Below, one piece after another: positions 1 to 10,253 of a DNA stretch of 47,844 bases (the first letter of the stretch is position 1; each line of letters begins with the position of its first letter). This DNA comes from an uncultured archaeon (lineage in GTDB: Archaea > Asgardarchaeota > Lokiarchaeia > Sigyniarchaeales > SOKP01): positions 1 to 47,844 of the forward strand of contig CAZGJX010000017.1 of NCBI GenBank assembly GCA_964525635.1, read 5' to 3'. The notes under the pieces are model-generated. The model was not told where the DNA came from. It did no database searches and was given only the letters and a program-made list of their open reading frames with translations. The translations under genes were made by a program, and so were the position numbers.

Positions 1-111
1 TCCCTCAGATTGGATTATTTTTGGGGATGGGTTGTTTCTTTCTTTTTCTTTGCGTTTATAATTGCTTTGATATATAACATAGTAAAGTCTAAAAGAAAGA
101 AATTATCATAA
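1..111 (+). CDS. 3' end of a membrane-anchored protein (truncated by the window edge)
   Basis: Frame 1 is open to TAA at 109-111 and reads SLRLDYFWGWVVSFFFFAFIIALIYNIVKSKRKKLS*, a hydrophobic helix followed by a basic tail. Confidence 0.55.
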   Translation, partial: SLRLDYFWGWVVSFFFFAFIIALIYNIVKSKRKKLS

Positions 112-644
112 GATTTTCTTATTTTGGATAAATATAATTTTTATTCTTTTCAATTGCTTTAAATAATATAAAGAAGGAAAAATTCTGTAAATATGAAAAC
201 CAAAGAAAAAATATTATAAAAAATATGGGAGGTTCGATTCCTTTTTTTGTTTTGAAAACTTGGAATCTTGGCACCCTATAGCTCATACATTGAAAATATA
301 GGGGATTCGAGTTGACGGAAATTGAACCTAAATTTTCTTTAAATTGAAATTTTTTTTCATATAAAACTTAGTAGTATACAAAAACTTACAACCTTTCTCA
401 TAGAGAATAAAAATGTAGTTTTATTAATTAAAAATATACAAAGATTTAGATTATTTATAATTATTTTACAGAGAATTTAATATAAAAATCAATATTTTCA
501 GTTAAGAATTCTTCAAAAAATTTTTCTTTAAAATTGATCTCCTCTAAACCTGTCAAGATGAAAATATTTATAGAAAAATTCTTACTTTATGTATTTATTC
601 ATGATTTCACCATATATTATTTTATTTAATGAATATTTTTAGAT

Positions 645-1142
645 GTGATTCAAATAGTTAGACCTTGGTATTGGCCCAAAGATGGAATGCCTGAACGTAC
701 AGAACCATTTACTTGGATAATAAGGGGTAAAATAGCTGCAAGTTGGTGGCCAGATCCCCCATTATTTAATATATATAAAAAAGAAGGAATTATAGTTATT
801 ATTAATGCAAGTGAATTTGATTATAGGGAAAATGTACCATATAGATTTGAGTACTATCATTTTAATATTCCAGACTATGGGATTCCTACTAGTTTTCAGA
901 TACAAAAATTCCTTGAAATAACAAAAAATCATGGTAGTAAGAAAGAACCAATAGTAATACATTGTGTGGCGGGTTGTGGAAGAACAGGACAGTTATTAGT
1001 AATTTGGGCTGCTTTTAATGGATATATTTCTCCTGATATAGACCCAGTAAAATGGATACGTAAAAAACGTCCATGTTGTTTGGAAACAATGGAACAAATG
1101 GAATTTGCTCGAAAAATGGCAAAAAAGTATCAAAATCGTTAA
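645..1142 (+). CDS. Dual-specificity/tyrosine protein phosphatase
   Basis: HCVAGCGRTG CX5R motif and IPDYGIP general-acid loop; GTG start. Confidence 0.9.
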   Translation: MIQIVRPWYWPKDGMPERTEPFTWIIRGKIAASWWPDPPLFNIYKKEGIIVIINASEFDYRENVPYRFEYYHFNIPDYGIPTSFQIQKFLEITKNHGSKKEPIVIHCVAGCGRTGQLLVIWAAFNGYISPDIDPVKWIRKKRPCCLETMEQMEFARKMAKKYQNR

Positions 1143-1288
1143 AAATTTAAGAAACTTCGATAATATGCTACTCCGCATACACTACAAAAATACTTTTCAT
1201 TGATTTTAATAGCTTTATCTAATGGTATTTTCTTTTGACAATTTTTAACACAACATTTTGTATAACCAGCAACAATTTCTTTAGACAT
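1139..1288 (-). CDS. 49-aa zinc-finger microprotein (not in the ORF track)
   Basis: Manual translation: MSKEIVAGYTKCCVKNCQKKIPLDKAIKINEKYFCSVCGVAYYRSFLNF*. Has two Cys pairs and an ATG start; shares TTAA with the phosphatase stop. Confidence 0.75.
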   Translation of the reverse strand: MSKEIVAGYTKCCVKNCQKKIPLDKAIKINEKYFCSVCGVAYYRSFLNF

Positions 1289-1401
1289 AATTTTAATAGA
1301 ATGATTTTTACTTTAATATAGATCAACAAATAATCATAAGATTTTAATGTCTTCTTTTGATATTTAAATTATTAATATAATTTTATTTTAGTGTATATTA
1401 A

Positions 1402-1683
1402 ATGGAAAGAAGACAACAATATAAAACTCAACAAAGACCAATTGATTATCTTAAAAATTCAGTAAATAAAATAATTTTAATAAAGGTCAAAAGAAATAGA
1501 CTTTTTAGAGGGCGTCTTGAAGGTTTTGACGAACATTTAAACCTCTATCTTGAAGATACAAGTCAACTTTTTGAATACCAAGATGAAGAAGGTAATGTTA
1601 AAGAAGAACATGAGGATTTAGGTTCCATCGTTGTACGGGGTGATAATGTAATTTTTGTCAACCTAGCAAATGCTGAAGAGTAG
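1402..1683 (+). CDS. Sm/LSm family RNA-binding protein
   Basis: Sm1 motif GRLEGFDEHLNLYL and Sm2 motif IVVRGDNV. Confidence 0.93.
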   Translation: MERRQQYKTQQRPIDYLKNSVNKIILIKVKRNRLFRGRLEGFDEHLNLYLEDTSQLFEYQDEEGNVKEEHEDLGSIVVRGDNVIFVNLANAEE

Positions 1684-1838
1684 TATATTTATATAATTTT
1701 TAGACATTTCTCTATTTTAGATAATTAATTTATTTTTCTAATTATTTTCTTATCTAATTTCAATTAGAATAAGATTTTAATAGATACATCTATTGTTTGT
1801 AATTATAATAAAATCTCTATATTACTACCCCCGTTGAG

Positions 1839-3863
1839 ATGAATGCATCAAATTCAATATATTTGAAAAAAATAATCGTAATTAGTCCTAATTTGGGTCA
1901 TCCAAGAATTATCAATGTAAATTCTTTAAAATTAAAAAAAGAAATTCAAATAGAATTATTATTGATAACAGATATTATTGATTCTGAAGAACTAAATAAA
2001 AAAATTAAAAAAAAAATCACTCTTTTTCCTATATTAGAATATAAATGGAAGTTAAAACGTATTTTAGAAGAAGAAAGAAAAAGAAAACTAACTCTATGGT
2101 TTAAAATAAAATCTATCTTTAAAAAACACACACACAAACAAAAAGAAATTAGTGAAGCAGTTAAGAAACTACATCCTAGAGGATATAGGGGGGAGGCAAT
2201 AACTTCATCCATTATTAATATTGAATTAGTAAAAGAACATTCGATAAGTGATCTCAAGTATTTAGAAGATAATTATTGTATACCTGAAAAAAATCTAACT
2301 GATAATGATGTCTTTAATGATTTAAATCATTTTTTTAAAATAAAAATAAAATTTCTTCTTTCAAAAGAAATATTAGACTATTTTAAAGACAAAAAGTTTA
2401 TTATGCTTGATATTGAAGGGCCACATAATCGAATTAATTATCATTCAATCGTTTTAACAAAACAAACATGGGAAAATTATACATTTATACAAATCACAGA
2501 CACACATTTAGCTGAAAGAAATGACAAAATTTATGATATTGTTTCAAAATGGTTAAAATCATCGATTAAATCGAATACTGAAAAATTATTCAAAAAATTA
2601 AAAAAAAAAATGAAATCAACTTTTAAAAAAAGCTCTGATGAAGATATAAAAATAATTCAAAAGCCATTAAGGAAAAGGTTAATCAATCCGAATAATCAAT
2701 TAAGAAAATTTATTAAATTAGCTAATAAAAAAGTACTTAAAAATGAATTAGATTTTATTGTTCTAACTGGTGATATAATCGATTATGTTATTAAAACTAG
2801 ATATAATAAAAAAGATATAGATCTTAATAAATTAGAATTTGAATATAGTAATTGGAATTTATTTAAGGACATTATATTAAATAGAAATATAAAAGAGAAA
2901 TATAAAGGTTTGATTAAAGGTGAAGAATTATTATGTCCTATTTTCACAATAGTAGGAAATCATGATTATAGACCTAATCATTATGATTTAACTTGGGCTG
3001 GATTATATAAAAAGTTAGGATTAAATTCTTCTGAAGCAATTGCTTTAAATGAATTACTTTCTGCCTCTCCAATCTCCGCGATAACTAAATCAAAAATAGC
3101 TTTAAAAAATTATTTAGTTGAAATTAATTCTTCATTGAATTACTCTTTAACTCTAGGAAATACTCAGTTAATATTCTTAGATACAGGTTCTGATTCTTTC
3201 AAAAATATACGTGATTTTTTATCAGGTCATCCATCAGTTACTGGTCTTAAAAATCATCAAATTAAATATTTGGAAAATATAATAAATTATAAATTAAGAG
3301 AAAATGAAAATATTATACTATTTATGCATGGTCCTCCTATTAATCCAGGTAAAAAGCCATATCTTAAACTGAGAATAAAGAGAGGGAAAAAAAGTAAGAT
3401 CAGAACAAAAATTGAAGAATTTAGGGAATCAATTTCATTGAATTTGGATAAAAAAATTGAGTCAAATAGGATTGATGGATTGTATAATGTTAAATTTGGA
3501 ACAATATCTTCTAACTGGGAGAAACTTATTAACTTCTGTAAAAATTATACTATCTTAACTCTCTCAGGACACACTCATCTTCAAAAAGAATTTAGATTGG
3601 CTGAATCGAAGAAAAAGACAAAAGTTTTTGATGCCCCTCCCTTTATATTAAAGAAAATTGAAAATCCTGCAGCAATATATTACGATATTTATTCTGAACT
3701 TTATACAAATTCAAAGGATATAGAAGTAAATGCTCCTTATATCTTTCAAACTCCTGCTTTAGGGCTAGGGAGTTATAATAATCCAAAATTGGCTGGAGCT
3801 TATCGTATTATAGAGATCAAGAGTAATAAAATAGAATCATTTAAAGTGAAGTTTATAAATTAA
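1839..3863 (+). CDS. Metallophosphoesterase (calcineurin-like) with a long N-terminal extension
   Basis: Motifs ITDTH, LTGDIID, GNHD, FMHGP and SGHTH. Confidence 0.85.
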   Translation: MNASNSIYLKKIIVISPNLGHPRIINVNSLKLKKEIQIELLLITDIIDSEELNKKIKKKITLFPILEYKWKLKRILEEERKRKLTLWFKIKSIFKKHTHKQKEISEAVKKLHPRGYRGEAITSSIINIELVKEHSISDLKYLEDNYCIPEKNLTDNDVFNDLNHFFKIKIKFLLSKEILDYFKDKKFIMLDIEGPHNRINYHSIVLTKQTWENYTFIQITDTHLAERNDKIYDIVSKWLKSSIKSNTEKLFKKLKKKMKSTFKKSSDEDIKIIQKPLRKRLINPNNQLRKFIKLANKKVLKNELDFIVLTGDIIDYVIKTRYNKKDIDLNKLEFEYSNWNLFKDIILNRNIKEKYKGLIKGEELLCPIFTIVGNHDYRPNHYDLTWAGLYKKLGLNSSEAIALNELLSASPISAITKSKIALKNYLVEINSSLNYSLTLGNTQLIFLDTGSDSFKNIRDFLSGHPSVTGLKNHQIKYLENIINYKLRENENIILFMHGPPINPGKKPYLKLRIKRGKKSKIRTKIEEFRESISLNLDKKIESNRIDGLYNVKFGTISSNWEKLINFCKNYTILTLSGHTHLQKEFRLAESKKKTKVFDAPPFILKKIENPAAIYYDIYSELYTNSKDIEVNAPYIFQTPALGLGSYNNPKLAGAYRIIEIKSNKIESFKVKFIN

Positions 3864-3892
3864 TAATTATTCTCAAGATTTTTTCTCTATTA

Positions 3893-4531
3893 TTATTCTT
3901 TAATTAAAGCATAGCCTAGTTCAAATGCATGAATGTTTTCATCAATTTTTTTAAGATTTTTATTTAATATTTGAAGAATGATATCTTTTGTAAAAATATC
4001 CTTAAATTGGCTTGTACCCGCTCCAAGGATAATAGTATTTGCATAAATAGGATTATCAAAATTATCTATACTTATTTGATTAAAATCAAGAGAAATAACC
4101 TTTCTTGCATATTTTTTAAGTAAATCGTTTATCTTTTCGATTGAGGGATATTTTTTATTTCTTTCTGAACCAATAATCACATTTTTTGGAAATCTTTTAT
4201 GAGTATTTAAAATAATCACGGAATTTTCTGATATATATTTTAAATTTCTAATAGTTTCTAAGGGTTCTAGTCCTAAAACTAAATGAGCATCATTAATAGG
4301 GATTAAAGGTGAAATTAAATTATTTTCTTCATATCTCTGATTATAATCTCCAATAAAATATCTTGAAGTTGAAATTACGGATCCTTCACGCTGAGAAACA
4401 CCTCTAGTTTCAGTTCCTACAACATTCGTTATTGAAAGGGATTTTAAACCATATTGACGTAAAATATTTCCTAAGAAAATTATACCTTGTCCTCCAACGC
4501 CCACAATTAGAATATTAAAGATATTCCCTAT
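3893..4531 (-). CDS. iorB: Indolepyruvate:ferredoxin oxidoreductase beta subunit
   Basis: Motifs ILIVGVGGQG, ETRGVSQREGSV and GLEPLE. The frame extends upstream of GTG 4504 to ATA at 4529-4531 (in-frame TGA at 4535-4537). Confidence 0.85.
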   Translation of the reverse strand: MGNIFNILIVGVGGQGIIFLGNILRQYGLKSLSITNVVGTETRGVSQREGSVISTSRYFIGDYNQRYEENNLISPLIPINDAHLVLGLEPLETIRNLKYISENSVIILNTHKRFPKNVIIGSERNKKYPSIEKINDLLKKYARKVISLDFNQISIDNFDNPIYANTIILGAGTSQFKDIFTKDIILQILNKNLKKIDENIHAFELGYALIKE

Positions 4532-4695
4532 AAATCATCACTTTATATGAAATTTTTATTACAACCTATTATTTCAAATTTGGTATAATCACTTTTTTTT
4601 AGTATAAATAAAATAAATACATTATTTTATATCAAACTTCATTTGTAAAAATAAAATGATATATTAAATAATTTTAGATGGTTTTTCTTTTAACG

Positions 4696-5196
4696 TCAAT
4701 AAATAATTGGAGATGGACAATCATTTCTTAATAAAACAAGCTCTCCCAGATTCATATGGTTATCATTTAACCAATGATCAGGTAATCCAATTTTAACTGA
4801 ATTTTGCTGTAGATTCTCTTCTTCTTCTGTATAATAATCTAAATCAAGAAATTCAAACATTTCATTATCAATAAGAAGTTGATTTATAAAGAGATAGAGG
4901 TTATTAAGATAATCTTTATCGATATGATATATATTTGTTAATTCAGTTATATATTTCCATATTTTTTTTATATAAACTATATTATCTCTAAAATGTTCTA
5001 TAAAAGGTAATAAAAGAAATTTTCCTTGAATATTTGAATGATTTATACTTTTAATATTCACATAACTACATGGATTGAGATTATATCTATTTATAGAATT
5101 AAAACTAACAATTACAATTTTTTCTTGTAAGTTAATACTTCCAATAATCTTGCTTAAAATCCAACCCTTTTTCTTTGAAATTGTATTTAAATCCAT
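4696..5196 (-). CDS. Hypothetical protein between iorA and iorB
   Basis: 166-aa ORF with ATG start; no recognised motif. Confidence 0.6.
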   Translation of the reverse strand: MDLNTISKKKGWILSKIIGSINLQEKIVIVSFNSINRYNLNPCSYVNIKSINHSNIQGKFLLLPFIEHFRDNIVYIKKIWKYITELTNIYHIDKDYLNNLYLFINQLLIDNEMFEFLDLDYYTEEEENLQQNSVKIGLPDHWLNDNHMNLGELVLLRNDCPSPIIY

Positions 5197-5577
5197 TTTA
5201 AATAAATTTACATTTTTAAATATGATTCTTTTTTTTAATTATATTTTAATTTCTTAACTAATATTTGTATCACAATAAGAATATTTAAAATTAATTATCT
5301 TTGGATTAAATCATGATATAGAGATCTATTTATATCATTATCCAAGTAGATTATTTTATTTTGATAATAATTAAAAAATATAATTAACCAATACACTTTA
5401 AAAATTGTTACATATGTGTTTATATTAAAAAAAATGATAAAAATTGAAATTTATGCTATATTTTTATTAAAAGTCATATTCTTTGCATGATATAATATTT
5501 TTGATTTTTAATTGTTTTAGGGTCTAAAGTTTAAGTTTTTAAAATATATTTTTCATATTATTTATTAGAATTATTAA

Positions 5578-7614
5578 TTAAATGTTGTCCCTATTATGTT
5601 TAATTATGGTTTTTAAGATCATACCATTTTTACATACATATTTGCATATACCAGGACATACATCTGATAGACACATACTTTCATCAATATAATAGACTAA
5701 ATCATTTTTATTTTTCATTACTCCTTCATGATTTATTTCTTTATCATATTTAATATTTATAGCTGGACAACCAAAGAATTCTATACATTCATTACATTTA
5801 TTACACGAAGAAGAGATTGTATAGTAAACATACTGATTTTTATGTAACTCTGATTTGGTCTTTTCTCTTTTAGTACGTCTTGATTTTTCTAAAGCACATT
5901 CTTCATTTATAACAATAACTTTTATTCCTTTTTTTTGAAGGTTTTCATAAAATATTTTTTCCAATTTCTCTAAATTGTATGCTGTGGTTGTTATAAAATT
6001 TTTAAGATTTAGACTTTTTATAATTTTCTCAAGAGATATCTCAAATGTATCCTTATTAGGATCTTTGATAATACTTTTGGGAGTCCCAACATGTTCCTGA
6101 TGGCCTGTCATAGCTGTCCAATAATTATTAAATAGTATTATTGTATAATCCAGATTATTTTTAATTGCCTCTATTATTGGAGGAATTCCACAATGATAAA
6201 AAGTACTATCTCCCATAAAAGCAATAATTTTTTGTTTGGTAGGATCTATCACTTTTACCATCCCATTGGCAATTCCAATACTAGCACCCATACATACAAC
6301 CCAATCCAATAATTGAAATGGATATGCTTCAGATAAAGTAGCACATGATATATCTCCCGAGAAAATAAACTCTATTCCACTTTCATTTTTTATTCGTTCT
6401 ATTGTTTTTTTAAGTATATAAAAAACAGGACGATATGGACATCCAGGACAGAAAGTAGGCTCTCTAATAGGTAAATTAAAAATAATTTTATCGATAATCT
6501 CTTCTTTTTGATTAATATCTGTTAGTATTTTTGTATTTTGAATATTGAAATACTTTGAAATAAATTTAATAATAATTTCTGTATTCAATTCTCCTATATT
6601 GGGCAAAAATTCTTTTCCGTGAATTTTTATGTCTTTCTTATTATATTCATAACATAGTATTTGTCGGACTACTGTTTCAATAAAAGGTTCTAGTTCTTCA
6701 AAAATTAAAAGTGATTTAAGTTCAAATTGATTAACAAAGTCGTAAATGCAATCTTTATTAATAGGATATATTAAACCTAATTTTAAAATGGGAGGATCGA
6801 TTCTTAATTTATAACATGCTTCAATTACATAACTATAACAAATTCCACTCGTAATTATACCTATTTTATTATTCTTTTTATTTTTAATCTGTCTTATATT
6901 ATTAAATAGATGGGATAACTTCTTGTCAGTTTCTATTTCTATAATTTTCTTAAAATATTTTTTTTGATTTGTCAATGCTCTATTTAATGTATTAATATAA
7001 CGATCTGGATCTCTTTCAAAAAATCCTTGTTTTTGAATTTCTGCAACTTTTCCCAATAATAGTATTCCATGACTATGACTTAACCTTGTAGTAAGATGAA
7101 TAATAATTGGGACTCTAAAGGATTCAGAAATTTTTAATCCTTCAATTATAAAATCTTTACATTCTTGAACAGTTGCAGGTTCAAGTATAGGGATTTTTGT
7201 ATGATGAGAATATAATCTATTATCTTGTGCATTTGTTGAAGAATGAATACCAGGATCATCTCCATATAAAATAAGCATACCCCCAACTATTCCCGAATAT
7301 GGGAACGTATGTAAGGGATCTGCGGTAACATTTAGACCAACATGTTTAAACATCACAACTGACCTAGTCCCTGCCCAACTTGCTCCAATACAAGACTCTA
7401 AAGCGACTTTCTCATTAATTGAATAGTTAAAGATAAAATTGTTGGATTTATCTGAAAGATATTTTAGAGAATCTCCCACTTCACTTAATGGAGTTCCAGG
7501 ATAATTTGCAGTGTAATAGACTCCTGCTTCATAAATTCCCCTAGCTAAAGCTTCATTACCACTCAATAATACTTTTTTCCCCGGAGAATTCTCAAATAAA
7601 TCCGACAGATGCAA
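5578..7614 (-). CDS. iorA: Indolepyruvate:ferredoxin oxidoreductase alpha subunit
   Basis: Motifs GNEALARG, YPGTPLSE, KHVGLNV, PTFCPGCPYR and GDSTFYH; C-terminal ferredoxin cysteines. Confidence 0.93.
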   Translation of the reverse strand: MHLSDLFENSPGKKVLLSGNEALARGIYEAGVYYTANYPGTPLSEVGDSLKYLSDKSNNFIFNYSINEKVALESCIGASWAGTRSVVMFKHVGLNVTADPLHTFPYSGIVGGMLILYGDDPGIHSSTNAQDNRLYSHHTKIPILEPATVQECKDFIIEGLKISESFRVPIIIHLTTRLSHSHGILLLGKVAEIQKQGFFERDPDRYINTLNRALTNQKKYFKKIIEIETDKKLSHLFNNIRQIKNKKNNKIGIITSGICYSYVIEACYKLRIDPPILKLGLIYPINKDCIYDFVNQFELKSLLIFEELEPFIETVVRQILCYEYNKKDIKIHGKEFLPNIGELNTEIIIKFISKYFNIQNTKILTDINQKEEIIDKIIFNLPIREPTFCPGCPYRPVFYILKKTIERIKNESGIEFIFSGDISCATLSEAYPFQLLDWVVCMGASIGIANGMVKVIDPTKQKIIAFMGDSTFYHCGIPPIIEAIKNNLDYTIILFNNYWTAMTGHQEHVGTPKSIIKDPNKDTFEISLEKIIKSLNLKNFITTTAYNLEKLEKIFYENLQKKGIKVIVINEECALEKSRRTKREKTKSELHKNQYVYYTISSSCNKCNECIEFFGCPAINIKYDKEINHEGVMKNKNDLVYYIDESMCLSDVCPGICKYVCKNGMILKTIIKHNRDNI

Positions 7615-7774
7615 GTTTAATTCATTAAATAAATATTAGTTTAAAATAAAGATCTTCTTATTTAATTAATTGCTTAGTTTTTAATAAAATTCTCATTAAT
7701 AATTAAAATAATTTTGAAAAACTAAATAAAAAAAAAAAAGTCCTTTTTATATAAATTTGATCTTTCATTATCTA

Positions 7775-8425
7775 TTATTCTGGACTTATACCAACTTGAA
7801 GATGACTTAGTAAAAGATCAATTTTCTTTGCTTTTTTATTAACATTAAGTATTGTAGGTAAATTAATAACTTCTCCTTTGTTTCCTGGTAATAATACAAT
7901 TAGACCTGCTCTTAAAAATAAAAACTCAAATACATCTGGAATTGATTTTTTGATTCTTAAATTATATACAGGAAATCTTTCTGCTTTACTAATTAGACCA
8001 CACTTATGATAAATTTCATTACTTTCAATAATCCAATAATTAAATCTTGTGTTTAATATAGCAATTGATATAACAAAGGCAAGTATCATTGTTGTTGATA
8101 AATAGAATTCAGTTGCCAATTTCATATTATTTAACTCTATAAAACTGAAATCAATTATTGGCATTAATAAGATTATAATTAAAATTGTAGATATGATAAC
8201 AATTAATATTAGAATAAAGACTTTTGTCAACTGAAAATCAAAAGAAACAATAAAAATGTTAATAAAAAACATGCCTACCCAAAAATATCCAAAGAAATCA
8301 ATAGCTTCACCTACAATCAATTGTATTCCCCATAATATGAAAGATATGAATAAAAGAGGCCAAAAAAAGATAACTTTTGAAAAATTTCTTAAATATATTC
8401 TATCTTTTTTCTCGGAATTAACCAT
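7775..8425 (-). CDS. Integral membrane protein with a C-terminal soluble (possibly bacterial PH-like) domain
   Basis: About 4 hydrophobic segments followed by a polar domain; SD GGAGGT upstream. Confidence 0.7.
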   Translation of the reverse strand: MVNSEKKDRIYLRNFSKVIFFWPLLFISFILWGIQLIVGEAIDFFGYFWVGMFFINIFIVSFDFQLTKVFILILIVIISTILIIILLMPIIDFSFIELNNMKLATEFYLSTTMILAFVISIAILNTRFNYWIIESNEIYHKCGLISKAERFPVYNLRIKKSIPDVFEFLFLRAGLIVLLPGNKGEVINLPTILNVNKKAKKIDLLLSHLQVGISPE

Positions 8426-8601
8426 ATTTTAATTCTACCTCCATTTTTTTTATTATTTTTTTTATTATATATTCCCCAATATATGAATATATACCTGAAT
8501 ATTTAAATGTTATGAAAAAATAAATTATGGATTCTTTCATAGAAAATTGATATAAGAAGCAGAATTACAATCTTTAAAAATATAATGAAAAATAAACGAA
8601 A

Positions 8602-10089
8602 TCAAATATTAAAGTTAGGACGCCCTCTCCTATTGATGGCCATCCCATAAACATCCTCTACACTTTCTATTACCATTTCAGAGATTGTGGGATGAGAATG
8701 AATAACTTCACTAATATCATGTACAGTTAATCCGTGTTTCATAGCTAATGCTAATTCAGCAATGAGTTCTGGTGCTTCAACTCCAATACATGATGCTCCT
8801 ATTATCTTACCATTCTCTTTATTAGCTAAAACCATAATAAAGCCTTCTTCTTCTCCCATACATTTTGCTTTTCCCAAAGAAGCATAAGCAAATTTACCCA
8901 TACCAATATTAATATTTTTATCTTTCGCATCTGCTCGTCTCATTCCTACAGATCCTATATTTGGATTTGTGAAAATAGTTGCTGGGACAACGGAATAGTC
9001 TGTTGTTTGTGGTTTTATTGGGAATCCACCAATGCTAGAGAGTACATTTGCTATAGCAATATCTGCTTCATAACTTGCTACATGAGCTAACATAAGGCCT
9101 CCAGTTACATCACCTATCGCATAAATTCCCTTTATAGGGGTTTCCAAAGAATTAGGATTCACTCGAATAGCTCCACGTATTGTTTCAATTCCTAATCTTT
9201 CTAAACCAATGTTTGAAGAATTTTTTTCACGACCAATTGATACTAAACAATAATCTGCTTCAAATATAGACTTTTCAGCTTCTTTAATTTCATTATTTGG
9301 AATTTTAGCAGAACAGGTCATTACTTTAATTCCACTACCCGTATTTTCAATTGATAAAACATTTTGTGAAATATGAAGTTCTATCCCCAATTGATCAAAC
9401 TTCTTCATGAGTTCTCTTATGATCATAGGTTCTTCTGTAGCAATGGGCAATGGTAAATATTCTAATAATGTTACTTTACTTCCAAATGTAGCAAAAATGT
9501 TAGCGAATTCACAACCAATAACTCCAGCACCTATAATTAGTAGACTTTTCGGAACTTCTTTAAATTCAGGGTGCAAGATATCTGAACTTGTTAAGATTTT
9601 TTTATGGTCAATATTAAATACTGGAATTAATTTAGATGATGAACCAGTCGCAATGATTATTCTTTTTGCTTTTATAAATGCATCATTATGGTCTCCCTCT
9701 ATTGCTAATTCAAAACCATTTTCAATATTTCCACCTATAATTCTTCCATGTCCTTTAAATACATCATTTTTCCATGATTTTTCTAATGCTTCAATTCCAT
9801 CAACTAGTTCCTTAACTATTTTATTTTTTCTTTCGACTGCTTTACTGAAATCAATTTTCATATCACATTTAATTCCAAATTCTTCTCCATGATCTCTTAT
9901 TTGTTGTATTAATTTAGACGAAGCATATAATGCTTTTGTAGGAATACACCCCCAATTTAAACAAGTACCACCTAAATTTTCTTTTTCTATCAATGCTATC
10001 TTCGCTCCATATTGAGCTGCTCTAATCGCAGCATGATATCCCCCTGGTCCTGCACCAATAATTGCTACATCATAAATCCCATCAGTCAT
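8602..10089 (-). CDS. lpdA: Dihydrolipoamide dehydrogenase
   Basis: GAGPGG FAD site, GGTCLNWGCIPTK redox disulfide, GAGVIG and HPTISE. Confidence 0.96.
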   Translation of the reverse strand: MTDGIYDVAIIGAGPGGYHAAIRAAQYGAKIALIEKENLGGTCLNWGCIPTKALYASSKLIQQIRDHGEEFGIKCDMKIDFSKAVERKNKIVKELVDGIEALEKSWKNDVFKGHGRIIGGNIENGFELAIEGDHNDAFIKAKRIIIATGSSSKLIPVFNIDHKKILTSSDILHPEFKEVPKSLLIIGAGVIGCEFANIFATFGSKVTLLEYLPLPIATEEPMIIRELMKKFDQLGIELHISQNVLSIENTGSGIKVMTCSAKIPNNEIKEAEKSIFEADYCLVSIGREKNSSNIGLERLGIETIRGAIRVNPNSLETPIKGIYAIGDVTGGLMLAHVASYEADIAIANVLSSIGGFPIKPQTTDYSVVPATIFTNPNIGSVGMRRADAKDKNINIGMGKFAYASLGKAKCMGEEEGFIMVLANKENGKIIGASCIGVEAPELIAELALAMKHGLTVHDISEVIHSHPTISEMVIESVEDVYGMAINRRGRPNFNI

Positions 10090-10253
10090 ATATTATAAAT
10101 CCCTCAAATAATTTTTAAGTATTATTAAAATATAATTTATCAAAATTCTACAAAAAAAATATTTTTTCAATACCTTAATTATCAGAATTGTGCAGTAAAT
10201 ATTAACTTTAATTTATTAGTTTAGTATTTAATTTCTAAACACACTTTTATATA

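Noticed and set aside
228-250. GGAGG-TTCGATT-CCTTT resembling a tRNA T-arm
   Set aside because: No acceptor stem, D arm or anticodon arm can be folded around it, and it is followed by a T-run; it may be a hairpin or relic only
9407-9892. 161-aa ORF antisense to lpdA, plus other shadow ORFs (762-962, 996-1178, 1946-2257, 5075-5257, 10832-11074, 12691-12921, 14210-14404, 15549-15764, 16702-16887, 21731-21976, 24249-24467, 27313-27501, 29513-29713, 30946-31191, 32496-32693, 39171-39356, 40711-41088, 41771-41959, 46995-47195, 47488-47682)
   Set aside because: They overlap well-supported genes on the opposite strand or in another frame and have no motifs
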